From: Ignavibacteriota bacterium
Lineage (GTDB): Bacteria; Bacteroidota; Ignavibacteria; Palsa-1295
Reading direction: 5' to 3'
Length of the DNA stretch: 64,000 nt
NCBI GenBank assembly: GCA_963787835.1
Contig: CAWBEI010000004.1
Location: 96,001 to 160,000 of the forward strand
Part shown: positions 50,423 to 60,598 of the stretch, piece by piece
Numbering within the stretch: position 1 is the stretch's first letter
Layout of the letters: each line of letters starts with the position of its first letter
Program-made: the position numbers and the translations under genes
Notes under the pieces: generated by a model
What the model saw: only the letters and a program-made list of their open reading frames with translations
Databases searched by the model: none
Told to the model about the DNA's origin: nothing

Positions 50423-52918
50423 TTACTCCTCTATATCGAAATCCGGATGATGATCCGAATGCTCCAAAAGTGCTTCTTTTGAAGCCACTACGTAATGTGT
50501 GGGAAATTTCGCTTCTGCAAGATTGATGTTTTCGATCCCACGCAATAACGCATCAGGATTGAAAGAGATACTATCGATATGATGCGCAACGAGAAACTCT
50601 GCGAATGCAGGATGGTCGCTCGGCGCTTGACCGCAGAGGCCGATCTTACGGTCTGCAAGCCGTGCGGATTCAATGACAGACGCCATCATTGCTTTTGGTG
50701 CTTCATTTTGCTCATCGAACAAGTCTCGGATAATATCGGAATCGCGATCGATCCCAAGCGTGAGTTGTGTCAGGTCGTTAGAGCCGATCGAGAATCCATC
50801 AAACACTTCTGCAAATTCTTTTGCAAGTACCACATTGCTCGGAATTTCAGCCATGACGTAAATTTCAAGTCCATTATCGCCGCGCCGGAGTCCTTGTTGC
50901 TCCATGATACCGACGACCTTCCGCCCTTCCTCGACGGTTCGGCAGAACGGGATCATAAGCTTCACATTGGTTAGTCCCATTTCGTCGCGAACCAGTTTCA
51001 TTGCCTGGCATTCAAGAGCAAAGCCCGCTTGGTATCTTGGATTATAATAGCGTGAAGCACCTCGGAAGCCAAGCATCGGGTTCTCTTCTTTGGGTTCAAA
51101 CTCCATGCCGCCAACTAGGTTTGCGTACTCGTTCGTCTTAAAGTCGCTCATACGAACGATCACATCTTTCGGATAAAATGCTGCCGCAATGGTTGCAACT
51201 CCTTCAGCAAGTTTTTCGACGAAGAATCGTTTCTTGTCTTCAAACCCCTTTGTTATCTCAACGATTTGCTGCTTTGCCTTTAAATCTTTCAGTGTATCGA
51301 AATTAACGAGCGCCATGGGATGAATGCGGACGCTGTCGGTAATGATAAATTCGATTCTGAGCAAGCCAACGCCTTGATTCGGATAGAACGAAAGCTCGAA
51401 GGCACGATCGGGATCTGCAAGAATGAGCATCGGCTTGGTACGGGGCATTGTGACTTTACTTAGATCGCGGTCTGTTTTGGAGAACCGTAATTCTCCCCGA
51501 TAGACGGTGCCGCGTCCACTGGCGTCACACACCACGGTGATCATCTCGCCATTGGTGATTTTTTCGGTTGCATCGAGTGCACCTACGATGGCAGGGGTAC
51601 CGAGTTCCCGGGCTACGATCGCGGCATGACTCGTACGTCCACCTTTGTTGGTTACGATGGCATTCGCCCGTTTCATGATCGGATCCCAATCGGGACTGGT
51701 TATGTCCGTAACGAGAATTTCGCCAACCAGAAGCGAATCTTCCTCACGCGGGGATGTGAGAATGTGTGCTTTTCCAGTGACGATCTTGTTGCCAAGACCC
51801 ATTCCTGTTGATAAGACGATGCCTTCTTCGCTTAACTCATACTCGCTGATAGTAATATGTTTATCGCGCGAGCGAACAGTCTCGGGGCGTGCCTGAACGA
51901 TCCAAAGTTCATTCGTTATTCCATCGAGTGCCCATTCGATGTCCATTGGCTCTTTGTAGTGTTCTTCGATCGCAAGCAGCCAGTCTCCAAGCTCTTCTAG
52001 TTGAAGATCGGTGAGCACGAAACGTTCACGAAGATCCTCTGGCGTATTGAGATTGACCGTGCAAATATCTGGATTATCTCGTATGACATCATGATACACC
52101 ATCATTTTTTCCTTCGCGCCAAGCTTGTGGGAGATAACAGCTCGTTGGCCATTTCTGAGTGCGGGCTTGAAGAGGAAGAATTCATCGGGCTCAACAGCTC
52201 CTTGTACCACATTTTCTCCTAATCCCCATGCGCCGGTAATGAGCATCGCGTTGTCAAAACCAGAATCAGGATCGAGCGTGAACGCCACACCCGAAGCTCC
52301 TTTGTCTGAGCGGACCATACGTTGGATCCCAACGGAGACCGCAACTTTGTTATGCTCGAAACCCTGATCTTCCCTGTACTTGATCGCGCGATCCGTATAA
52401 AGGGAAGCAAAACATTTCCTCACAGCCTTGATGACGGCTTCTTTGCCGGTGATATTGAGGTAGGACTCAAGCTGCCCTGCAAAGCTCGCTCCGGCAAGAT
52501 CTTCTGCTGTCGCGCTGCTTCGGACAGCGACGCTAACAGGCTCGCCGTTGCTCGAAAGGGCAAGATAGGAACCAATTATTGCCTGTTCAACTTGATTTTC
52601 AAACTTACCGCGCATGATCGCATCGCGAATCCTTGCGCCGATCTCATGCAAATTAGAATAGTTCTTGTGATCGAGACTTGCAATCGCAGTATCGATCTCC
52701 ATCGACAAGTGATTTAATTCAAGAAAATTCCGGAATGCATCGGTGGTCACGGCAAATCCTTCAGGAATTCGAACGCCTAGCGGGGTCAATGCTTGTGTCA
52801 TCTCGCCAAGGGATGCATTTTTACCACCGACGATTGCAACGTCCTTCATGCCGACTTTTGCAAAAGGAATCACATAGGCAGATAGACCATTCTGGTAAGA
52901 ATCATGCGAGGAATTCAT
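50423..52918 (-). CDS. ppsA: Phosphoenolpyruvate synthase
   Basis: VGGKNASLGEM, AVRSSATAED, GGRTSHAAIVARELG, SIGSNDLTQL. Confidence 0.97.
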   Translation of the reverse strand: MNSSHDSYQNGLSAYVIPFAKVGMKDVAIVGGKNASLGEMTQALTPLGVRIPEGFAVTTDAFRNFLELNHLSMEIDTAIASLDHKNYSNLHEIGARIRDAIMRGKFENQVEQAIIGSYLALSSNGEPVSVAVRSSATAEDLAGASFAGQLESYLNITGKEAVIKAVRKCFASLYTDRAIKYREDQGFEHNKVAVSVGIQRMVRSDKGASGVAFTLDPDSGFDNAMLITGAWGLGENVVQGAVEPDEFFLFKPALRNGQRAVISHKLGAKEKMMVYHDVIRDNPDICTVNLNTPEDLRERFVLTDLQLEELGDWLLAIEEHYKEPMDIEWALDGITNELWIVQARPETVRSRDKHITISEYELSEEGIVLSTGMGLGNKIVTGKAHILTSPREEDSLLVGEILVTDITSPDWDPIMKRANAIVTNKGGRTSHAAIVARELGTPAIVGALDATEKITNGEMITVVCDASGRGTVYRGELRFSKTDRDLSKVTMPRTKPMLILADPDRAFELSFYPNQGVGLLRIEFIITDSVRIHPMALVNFDTLKDLKAKQQIVEITKGFEDKKRFFVEKLAEGVATIAAAFYPKDVIVRMSDFKTNEYANLVGGMEFEPKEENPMLGFRGASRYYNPRYQAGFALECQAMKLVRDEMGLTNVKLMIPFCRTVEEGRKVVGIMEQQGLRRGDNGLEIYVMAEIPSNVVLAKEFAEVFDGFSIGSNDLTQLTLGIDRDSDIIRDLFDEQNEAPKAMMASVIESARLADRKIGLCGQAPSDHPAFAEFLVAHHIDSISFNPDALLRGIENINLAEAKFPTHYVVASKEALLEHSDHHPDFDIEE

Positions 52919-52930
52919 TGAAGTAATTAG

Positions 52931-54088
52931 TTATGCGTTTGTTATTCCGGCGCGAAGAAGTGCGGTAACGCCGGTTGGTGATTTATGGGTGTTAGATGAG
53001 ATCACATTGCCATGATGCTCTAAGGTTCTGACGAGTGCAGTGTTTATGCGATCTGGTTCAACGAGATCCTGGTTCTCCAATGTAACAGCAGAGTCATTCA
53101 CCATCAGAGTCATGATGCCTCCTGATCCTGAAAGCGTTAGTATGGCATCGAGATCCTCCGTCACTCTTCCCTCGCTTCGTAAATATTCGACCTGATCCTC
53201 TACAACAGAATGCTTTATCTCCATTTCGGAAAATAGTTTTGTACATTCACGCCATGTGGAAGTGTCTAGTGTAAGCGGATCACCCTCTGGAATCGGAATG
53301 CGCTTCGGACTAATCAGGATGTTCGGATAGTGAAGATATTTTCGGAAATGCGAGACAAGTTCATCTGCCCCGGTAACTACGAGTGGTGAATAGGATTGCT
53401 TAAGTGTATCGTTGACTACTCCGGCCAATTGCTTAAGAAAATGTTCGCGTCTCCGAAACTCCCCATCCTGCGAACCGCCATCCGGGATGGTGCCATGATG
53501 TCCGTTCCCAGAAACCCCAGCATGACTCCCCGACGATGCAGTATGGAATGCACGGTCATGGACCACATTCTCCTGTGCCAGCGCGGCATCAAGAGCCGAC
53601 ACTTGGTCGAGCAGAATTGGAGTGGTGAATTGGGGATGAACGTGCGCCATGCGCGGAGTGCCACGCGACACTTCTAAGAGATAATACTGCTCCGGCAAGG
53701 AAATGAGATGGATGAGAGGTGTAAGGTAGAAATCGTTGCCAATATGTGCCTCATCCCGTACTGGAAGTGGTAATGCATACCAACGTAGCATGGATGGGCT
53801 GGCAAAGATCGAATAGCTCTCGCTACGGTGCTTCCAAAGTTCCTGGGAGTCCAGAAGAGAATGGAGTGAATCCAGAATTATTTTCCGAATCTCACCTGGT
53901 GTTTCTATTTCCTCAAACCATGCAGTCACGGTATGAATATGCCCTTTCAATTCCGCATGGCCAATGATCGCATAGTCGGAAGACGGTGGAACCGAAAAAT
54001 AGATGGTAACCTTCGGTCCACGAAGCTTGGACTCTTGTGTGATCATCTCAAGGAGATTACGAAGGTCAATGACTTTGGGTTGTTCCAT
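52931..54088 (-). CDS. Bacterial archaeo-eukaryotic release factor homologue (baeRF3/7-like)
   Basis: VTIY...LW...SIFAS...LP...FYLTPL...YYLL.VS...PLVVTG; Pelota-like C-terminus (TLEHHGNV...ALLR); no GGQ. Confidence 0.7.
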   Translation of the reverse strand: MEQPKVIDLRNLLEMITQESKLRGPKVTIYFSVPPSSDYAIIGHAELKGHIHTVTAWFEEIETPGEIRKIILDSLHSLLDSQELWKHRSESYSIFASPSMLRWYALPLPVRDEAHIGNDFYLTPLIHLISLPEQYYLLEVSRGTPRMAHVHPQFTTPILLDQVSALDAALAQENVVHDRAFHTASSGSHAGVSGNGHHGTIPDGGSQDGEFRRREHFLKQLAGVVNDTLKQSYSPLVVTGADELVSHFRKYLHYPNILISPKRIPIPEGDPLTLDTSTWRECTKLFSEMEIKHSVVEDQVEYLRSEGRVTEDLDAILTLSGSGGIMTLMVNDSAVTLENQDLVEPDRINTALVRTLEHHGNVISSNTHKSPTGVTALLRAGITNA

Positions 54089-54554
54089 GGCGTTTGTGGA
54101 AAAGGGGATTGTTCTGGGTTTTCACAACGATAGCGGCTATCGGAATCTTGTTTTCATTTGGGGCGACTGCCGGAAAAGAAGATCTATTCATGGGAACTGG
54201 TCGATGCAAGATTCCGCACCAATCCAGAACGTCCTTTTCTAAGGCAGCCATATGCGCTGGCTCCAATTTTTTTAGGCCATGCTGCTCAAGCAGCATGTGC
54301 ATGGAGCGAGCAAGGGAGTCGGATGCGATCGCAAGCTCATCTTCAGCAAGTTCGTATTTCATGAGAGCAAGGCGAGCTTGTTCCAGTAGTTCGGCATATG
54401 CAATGCGCGAGGCGGGCGGTGAATTATAAAGTTGGGCGAGTGCTGCTACATCAATATTTCCCAACCCTGGATGGGTATCCCTGACCGTGTCAGAACCATG
54501 CCCGTTTGCACGAATACGAGTCACTCTTGGGGTGCTGTGTTTCTGCTTTGTCAT
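54066..54554 (-). CDS. Hypothetical protein
   Basis: AAAGGTGG RBS before ATG 54554; lies between hsp20 and baeRF. Confidence 0.6.
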   Translation of the reverse strand: MTKQKHSTPRVTRIRANGHGSDTVRDTHPGLGNIDVAALAQLYNSPPASRIAYAELLEQARLALMKYELAEDELAIASDSLARSMHMLLEQHGLKKLEPAHMAALEKDVLDWCGILHRPVPMNRSSFPAVAPNENKIPIAAIVVKTQNNPLFHKRHGTTQSH

Positions 54555-54691
54555 AGTTCCACCTTTTTTTGTCTTTACTATTAGAATCATCAACCACTCC
54601 GGTTTTTGCCGGAGTGGTTGTCTTCATTACCGTGACCGGCACATCAACGTGAGCGCGTGCATCGTAGGTGATGCATCGCATCGAGGCTCGT

Positions 54692-55210
54692 CTATGCGGG
54701 AACCACTGTTCCGTTAGTTTTCAATTGTCCATTGGGCTTCATTGATATCGTGGTCGATCCGGTAGAAGCTGCGTTCAGCGGTATCTCTCGCGTGGCAGGC
54801 GTTTCCTGGGCGATCTTCGGGAGCGTGATTTCGAGAAGGCCATCTTTGAATGTGCCAATGATCATGTTGGCTTTAACATTCTTTGGGAGCGACATCGACC
54901 GTGTGAATTCGCCGAACGATCGCTCGATGCGGTGATAATTCCGGTCTTTCTTCTCGTCTTTTCGTTCCTTCTGACCGCTGATCGTGAGCACGTTATCATT
55001 TACGGTTACTTTTACATCTTTCTCGGCAAGACCCGACAATTCCGCGATCATATAGAAGTTCTCTTTGTCCTCGGAAATATCGAGGCTCGGAACGAACAAG
55101 TCATCCATACTCGAGAATCTTCGTGGAAAACGGAAATTGCTGTTCATCGTATCAAGAAAAGCACGTTCGATCCTGTCGAACGGTGTTTCAACCCACTTAA
55201 TTAGATCCAT
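54692..55210 (-). CDS. Hsp20/alpha-crystallin small heat-shock protein
   Basis: PSLDISE, LTISG, ERSFGEFTRS.xLP, FKDGLLEITLPK; GGAGG RBS. Confidence 0.96.
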   Translation of the reverse strand: MDLIKWVETPFDRIERAFLDTMNSNFRFPRRFSSMDDLFVPSLDISEDKENFYMIAELSGLAEKDVKVTVNDNVLTISGQKERKDEKKDRNYHRIERSFGEFTRSMSLPKNVKANMIIGTFKDGLLEITLPKIAQETPATREIPLNAASTGSTTISMKPNGQLKTNGTVVPA

Positions 55211-55252
55211 TGTACACCTCCATAAATAAGTGAAATTATACTAATTCTTAGA

Positions 55253-55267
55253 GCGAATGCCGTGCCA
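55253..55267 (-). promoter_or_regulatory. Sigma54 (-24/-12) promoter of the hsp20 operon
   Basis: Minus strand TGGCACGGCATTCGC (GG-N10-GC), about 45-55 nt upstream of the ATG. Confidence 0.65.
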
Positions 55268-55532
55268 TTCTGGAGTTATGGCGAATAGAGAGTGTCGTTG
55301 CTATTTCAATCGTCTTGAGACTCTTTGGAGGCAACAATTTTTACATTCTTTGTAAGCATTCCTGACACCGAATGCTTAGAACGCGTTTATCTTGCGTGTC
55401 CGAACTTTTCGTTTTCCTGATCCGCGTTGGCATCTGTTTTTTAGACGGGAATTCGTCTATCGAGTGGTATGGCTCTAAAGACCGAATAAATCTTCATATG
55501 GCAGGCCAAGCTCCAGGAACTGGAAGCATAGG

Positions 55533-56167
55533 TTACAAGCTAAAAGGAGGATATTCATCTGTCGTTAGAAGCACGGAATAGGCCGCCACTCGGAGCGACC
55601 ACCGCATTACGCTTACAATAAAATCGAACAGAGACTTTGGATACCGAAGCATCGTCGGCGATGCGCGGTAAACAGGATCGCGAACCATGCTATGATCACA
55701 CATACGATTGCCGCAATACCCAAGGCCCAGAGCACAATATAGTGAAGGATCGCAAGAAACCACTTGAAGAGCGGCATACCTGGGCTGAGACGCACAACAT
55801 CTGGATATGGAATGGTGATATGAACGCCCTGCTCCTCATCGATCGAGGGGTATTCATCTCGCAATAAAAAAAGATAGGCAGAACACCGTGTGCTAAACTT
55901 TATCAATTCCACATTCCAATCGAACCACCAACGTGGATATTTATGAAGGAATAATAAGGTCAGGAGGGTTGGGAAAAAGAGAACCCCTCCAGCGCCCGTC
56001 AAAAAAAAGCTGCATCCCCAGGTTCCCGATGAACCGGAGATCAGAACGAGGATGATCAGTATCGGGATTGCCATAAATGGCCGAAAAAAGCTTGTAAGCT
56101 TATTAAGGGGCCGATCCAGATAGTCGATCTCAAGGGTGGCAGGGAATGAAGCTGAAGGAGTTTCCAT
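55533..56167 (-). pseudogene. DUF4389 membrane protein, frameshifted near 55646-55665
   Basis: One frame gives the first repeat up to WFAILFT. The matching second-repeat end RYPKSLFDF...DEYPPFSL is in another frame, and a 20-nt palindrome sits at the junction. Confidence 0.8.
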
Positions 56168-56171
56168 AAGG

Positions 56172-56282
56172 CTAATTTTTTTTGACGATAGTACGTGGAC
56201 TCAGCAATGCAAGAGCAAAGATCACCACAGAGACATCCTGAAGCCAGCTCGGCCAGCCCATCCACCAATGAATAATATCCAT
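56172..56282 (-). CDS. Putative 36-aa single-TM protein
   Basis: Manual translation MDIIHWWMGWPSWLQDVSVVIFALALLSPRTIVKKN; fills the gap between the USP and DUF4389 genes. Confidence 0.5.
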   Translation of the reverse strand: MDIIHWWMGWPSWLQDVSVVIFALALLSPRTIVKKN

Positions 56283-56305
56283 GTTACTTATTGATTCGAA
56301 ATGGA

Positions 56306-57229
56306 TTATCTTACAATTTCGACGGTCGTCTCCGCGTGAGCTGCTACACTATGCGCGACGCTTCCAAGTAGCATGCGCTCAAGGCCGGAAAGTCCGCGCG
56401 AGCCAATAAAAATAGTATCTGCATGCACCTGCTTGGCCTGCGCCAAGATCTCACGTGAAGCCGTTCCCACGGGCATCGCACTTGTTACCACGTTGAAATG
56501 CTTGCTCATCTCTCGTTCAAGGGAATACACGGCTTGATCAATGCGCGATTCTTTCATTTCCTGATAAATTCCAACGTCTCCAGCAGCCAGCCATATATAT
56601 TCCGGAGAAGCAAGAACGCTGTAATCGAGCGCAGCTACGATGTGAAGATGTGTATGCTTTGGCCATGCTCGTTGAACAAGACTGTGAACCATCTTACGTG
56701 CCCCACTGGAGCCGTCGAACGATGCAAGCAGGGTGAGTGGGCGATTGTTATTTATATGTGTACTTGGTCGAACGATTCGTACGGAGCAAGGTGCTTCACT
56801 GGCCACCCGAAGTGAAACACTTCCCAGAAAGAGACGCCCGATCGCTCCCCGCCCGTGGGAGCCCATCACGATGAGGTCAGGCTTGAGGGATTCTGCAACT
56901 TGGAGGATCATCGAGGCCGGTGAATTCAGCCGCGCACAAGTGGTCGTCTCCCATTTCGGGAAAAGAGCGGAGACCATTTTTACACCTTGACCAGCATCCT
57001 CTTCCGCTGCTTCGCGTGCATATTGGATCGTTTCCTGTAGGTTGTCAATTGCATAAGCGGCGAGCGTGAGGCCGGACTCGATATTGAGAGCTGGTTCACC
57101 ACCCGTGCGAATTTCTCCGACGGAAAGTACTGTCGCCTGAACACCTTCGATCGGAAGTCCGGCATTGTTCAGATCTTGGATCGCATTACTCGCTGATTGC
57201 GAGCCATCATAAGCTATAAGTATTTTCAT
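56306..57229 (-). CDS. Tandem universal stress protein
   Basis: KILIAYDGS; LIVMGSHG...LGSVS; IGSRG...LLGSVA. Confidence 0.95.
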   Translation of the reverse strand: MKILIAYDGSQSASNAIQDLNNAGLPIEGVQATVLSVGEIRTGGEPALNIESGLTLAAYAIDNLQETIQYAREAAEEDAGQGVKMVSALFPKWETTTCARLNSPASMILQVAESLKPDLIVMGSHGRGAIGRLFLGSVSLRVASEAPCSVRIVRPSTHINNNRPLTLLASFDGSSGARKMVHSLVQRAWPKHTHLHIVAALDYSVLASPEYIWLAAGDVGIYQEMKESRIDQAVYSLEREMSKHFNVVTSAMPVGTASREILAQAKQVHADTIFIGSRGLSGLERMLLGSVAHSVAAHAETTVEIVR

Positions 57230-57340
57230 AGTTCCGATAATAGAGAAAAGTATGCCATTGATATGATGTCATAAATTTGAATAAGAATTACACGTTGCGG
57301 TCAATGTTCTTCTAAAACATGTAAGAGAAGGTGCCATTTG

Positions 57341-57355
57341 GTAAGAAATTCTTAC
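57341..57355. promoter_or_regulatory. GTAAG-N5-CTTAC palindrome (candidate activator site)
   Basis: GTAAGAAATTCTTAC between divergent genes; a half-site GTAAG lies 20 nt earlier. Confidence 0.55.
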
Positions 57356-57440
57356 GCTTCTCGATGCGAGAACTATTTGGTAATATTACTAATCTCCTTG
57401 AAAAGCAAGTCTGGTTGTCTTCGATCAGGGCGGTAACCTT

Positions 57441-57455
57441 TGGCGCGAAAATTGC
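57441..57455 (+). promoter_or_regulatory. Sigma54 promoter
   Basis: TGGCGCGAAAATTGC (GG-N10-GC with TTGC). Confidence 0.65.
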
Positions 57456-57471
57456 TATGAATGAACATTCG

Positions 57472-57756
57472 ATGATCGCATTACAAATGATAGAGAATTA
57501 TTCATCCCCTTCATTCCAATTTGGTTCGAAAGGGTCTGTCGCCTCCGATCGGCAACGGATCTTTCAGGCAGAAGCGTGTAAGATCTTTCGCAATTATGCG
57601 CTTTCTCCTGCGGATTTTTCTGAGGCAGTACTGCGATTTACTCGATTAAGAAATGATAGTATGAGCTTGCCCGTTGATCAAGAATTATCTTCGGATGATC
57701 TGGTGAGGCGAGTGCTGTATTCCATGCAGTGCGAGGATGTGTGGCGCAGGAGATAG
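57472..57756 (+). CDS. Small hypothetical protein (about 90 aa)
   Basis: In-frame ATGs just downstream of the sigma54 promoter; start uncertain. Confidence 0.45.
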   Translation: MIALQMIENYSSPSFQFGSKGSVASDRQRIFQAEACKIFRNYALSPADFSEAVLRFTRLRNDSMSLPVDQELSSDDLVRRVLYSMQCEDVWRRR

Positions 57757-57953
57757 GTGAATGGTCTCATCGAGCATGAAAAATTGTAAGGATTGATTTG
57801 CTACAGGAATTCCGATCATAGTTCACGATCCAACGATTCTTTGAAATATTCCGGAAGGATTATTGACCAGTGAGTGTAAAATATTATCCTTGCTAAAAAC
57901 ATCTCAGAGCTCAGGATACGTGCTTTAGTTCACCTATGAGCGAAATGTATAAG

Positions 57954-57968
57954 TGGCTTGGATTTTGC
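57954..57968 (+). promoter_or_regulatory. Sigma54 promoter of the BON operon
   Basis: TGGCTTGGATTTTGC, about 50 nt upstream of ATG 58020. Confidence 0.6.
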
Positions 57969-58019
57969 CTACGTTCGAGTTGTTAAAAACTTCCATCTAA
58001 TATTTTAACAGATACCAAT

Positions 58020-58688
58020 ATGAAAACGAACCAACAACTCCAGCGCGATGTAGTGGACGCGCTTAAATGGGAACCCCTCCTTAATGGGGCAGAACTCGGT
58101 GTGACCGCCAGGGATGGTGTTATAACGCTGACGGGACATGTGGATAATTATCCGAAAAAATTAGCTGCCGAACGCGCCGCGAAGAGCGTGCATGGTGTTC
58201 GGGCGGTTGCCGAGGAAATTGATGTTAAATTAGGCGCGGAAGACCGGGTGACGGATTCCGAAATTGCTTCGATTGCCATCAATGCGCTAAAATGGTGCAA
58301 TTCCGTTCCAGACGAGCGCATCACGATCAGCGTCGAGAACGGATGGGTTAAGCTCGAAGGCGATGTCGAATGGCAATTCCAAAAGGACGAAGCTCGCCAT
58401 GAGATCGAAGACATCAATGGCGTAAAAGGCGTCACTAATCTTATCATGGTCCAGCCTGAATTAGAGCCGGTAGAGATCAAAGATAAGATCCAGCGCGCGC
58501 TTCAGCGTTCAGCAACGGTTGATGCCAGCAACGTCGTAGTAGATGTCAATGGCAGCTTAGTAACCCTGAAAGGCACGGTCCGCTCCTGGGCAGAGCGCGA
58601 AGATGCCGAAAATGCAGCGTGGGCTGCGCCTGGGGTTGCAAAAGTGAACGATCAGATCCTCGTAAGTGAGGAAGCAGGCGTGCTCTAA
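58020..58688 (+). CDS. Triple BON-domain protein (OsmY-like, no signal peptide)
   Basis: Three repeats of V.xG.xV.xL.xG...A...GV..V.N. Confidence 0.93.
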   Translation: MKTNQQLQRDVVDALKWEPLLNGAELGVTARDGVITLTGHVDNYPKKLAAERAAKSVHGVRAVAEEIDVKLGAEDRVTDSEIASIAINALKWCNSVPDERITISVENGWVKLEGDVEWQFQKDEARHEIEDINGVKGVTNLIMVQPELEPVEIKDKIQRALQRSATVDASNVVVDVNGSLVTLKGTVRSWAEREDAENAAWAAPGVAKVNDQILVSEEAGVL

Positions 58689-58728
58689 TTTTACAGTAAA
58701 ATATCAATTCGGAAAGGAGTATTCTATC

Positions 58729-59232
58729 ATGACGACCTCCGCAGTTCCCATCACCCATAAATTCCCGGACGATTCAAAGCAGATTAAGTGGGCGAAGGTC
58801 GGCTTTACGGTGGCCGCAGCAGTTGCTGCGGCCATTGGCATACGCCGAGTTTTCTTGAAGCGCGGCAAAGGATTCCATCAATATAAGCATCATTTTGAGG
58901 AGTGGCTTACTCCACGCCTTCGGACACTGTCTGAAACGCTCGGAGTTTCGAGTGAAGTGGAGAGTCAAATGTCGAAAGAAGTTCATGCAGCGGCAAAGGC
59001 TACATTATGCATGGGACGCGCATCGCAGAAAGTAAGAGCCAACAAACGGGATCTTATTGAGATCGGTCTGGAAAGAAGACTTCTCAAAATGAAGAAACGA
59101 ATTCACCAAATGATTGATATCAAGGAAGCCGCCCAGGCTACTGCGCTCCATGAGTTCTACGAAGAACTTCGCCAATGGTTGATCCCTAAAGGAAATGAAC
59201 ATAAAGGAGCGGCCTATTATGCCGATACATAG
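58729..59232 (+). CDS. Hypothetical membrane-anchored protein
   Basis: AAGGAG RBS before ATG 58729; one TM followed by a helical basic region. Confidence 0.65.
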   Translation: MTTSAVPITHKFPDDSKQIKWAKVGFTVAAAVAAAIGIRRVFLKRGKGFHQYKHHFEEWLTPRLRTLSETLGVSSEVESQMSKEVHAAAKATLCMGRASQKVRANKRDLIEIGLERRLLKMKKRIHQMIDIKEAAQATALHEFYEELRQWLIPKGNEHKGAAYYADT

Positions 59233-59243
59233 ATGAGGATTAT

Positions 59244-60047
59244 ATGAAAACATTATGTTTTAGAGTTGGTATACGATCATGGTGTCGTATGCCGCTTATC
59301 TCAATCCTATCAATCATAGCTTTGGGCTTAACTTTTGTGCAGAGTGCAAAGGCGCAGGAGCCAAAGAAGGATACTATTGTTCATGACTCCACGGCGGTTA
59401 TTTATGATACTACTAAAGTAGGAGATGATACCGCAAATGTTTATCATACATACGTTCCACCGCCGTGGGCTCCGCCGTATGACAACGTGAGCACGGTTCG
59501 ATATTATTACTTGCCTGATTGCGAGATTTACTATGATGTATGGGAAGGGCTGTGGTGGTATCCTGACGGCGGAGTATGGGTTTCACTTCCTTGTGTTTTG
59601 CGACCCCCAATGTGCGGGGGAATTGATCTTTATGCCACCTTCTTTGTGCTGATCGACCGCGACATGTATCGGCCATGGGAACGTCATGATTATTACCGGG
59701 AGAATTATCCGGCTCATTTTTACGATCATTATCGCCCGATCGTGATCCGAAATGGGATCATCGAGCATGTTCCAGCCGACCGCGAACTTGTTGCGCGGGC
59801 CTTTAATGAGAATTCGAACCGAGTGACGTTCATGCAGGGCACCATTGCCCATGAAGCCCCGCTTGCGAACCCACACAATCCTTCTCAAGTGCTCCCTCCT
59901 GCCGCACGGACCTATGACCGCGTAGTGCATGAAGTGCCAATGCGAGTGCTTTCACCATCAATGCCCGCCGAGAGCAGGAGATACAACTATGGATCTGGCT
60001 ATGCAAGAGGTGGGGCAGGCACTGTAAGGGGTTCTGGACGAAGATGA
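59244..60047 (+). CDS. Secreted Pro/Tyr-rich hypothetical protein
   Basis: Signal peptide (AKA|Q); PPPWAP...RYYYLPD.EIYYD...W motif. Confidence 0.7.
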   Translation: MKTLCFRVGIRSWCRMPLISILSIIALGLTFVQSAKAQEPKKDTIVHDSTAVIYDTTKVGDDTANVYHTYVPPPWAPPYDNVSTVRYYYLPDCEIYYDVWEGLWWYPDGGVWVSLPCVLRPPMCGGIDLYATFFVLIDRDMYRPWERHDYYRENYPAHFYDHYRPIVIRNGIIEHVPADRELVARAFNENSNRVTFMQGTIAHEAPLANPHNPSQVLPPAARTYDRVVHEVPMRVLSPSMPAESRRYNYGSGYARGGAGTVRGSGRR

Positions 60048-60094
60048 TGTTTAGAAAAAGAGTTTTTATAATAATTATATTTTACAGATACTAA

Positions 60095-60544
60095 ATGAAA
60101 ACCAAATTGTTCTCAGTATTAGTATTGTTGTGCTTACTCGGCGCTGCTCTGAGTGGAATATCGAACGCCTCTACTGTCGTATTATCTGTTCAGGATTCAA
60201 CGGTAGCACCGTTAACTCCGGAGCAACGGGTCGATCTCCGATTATCTCATGCCAAGCATGTGCTCCATCTGTCCGATTTGCAGATGAGTCAGATGCGAAC
60301 GGTTCTTTTGGCGCATGAAGGATCATTGCAAACGGATCGAACAAATCTGGAATCGACAACACTCGGAACCCCGGAACGGGAAGCAGCCCGCAAAAAACTT
60401 ATTGCCGAAATTCAGGCAATGAATCTGGAGCTGAAGCCGATCTTAAACACTCACCAGTTAGCTAAATGGCGCAAGATCCTCATGCGCGAATTACGTCGAA
60501 GAGAAATAGAACTTCGACGCAGGCAAGAAGAGCTTCATCGATAA
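60095..60544 (+). CDS. Periplasmic Spy/CpxP-like helical protein
   Basis: Signal peptide; LHLSDLQ and ILNTHQ resemble LTXXQ motifs. Confidence 0.6.
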   Translation: MKTKLFSVLVLLCLLGAALSGISNASTVVLSVQDSTVAPLTPEQRVDLRLSHAKHVLHLSDLQMSQMRTVLLAHEGSLQTDRTNLESTTLGTPEREAARKKLIAEIQAMNLELKPILNTHQLAKWRKILMRELRRREIELRRRQEELHR

Positions 60545-60598
60545 CATGGAGTTTCCAAGGTAGATCGCTATTTCTAAGAGTAAAAGCTTGTTCCAACA

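Noticed and set aside
57258-57275. FNR/CRP box upstream of USP
   Set aside because: Only a TTGAT half-site; not repeated at the other stress promoters.
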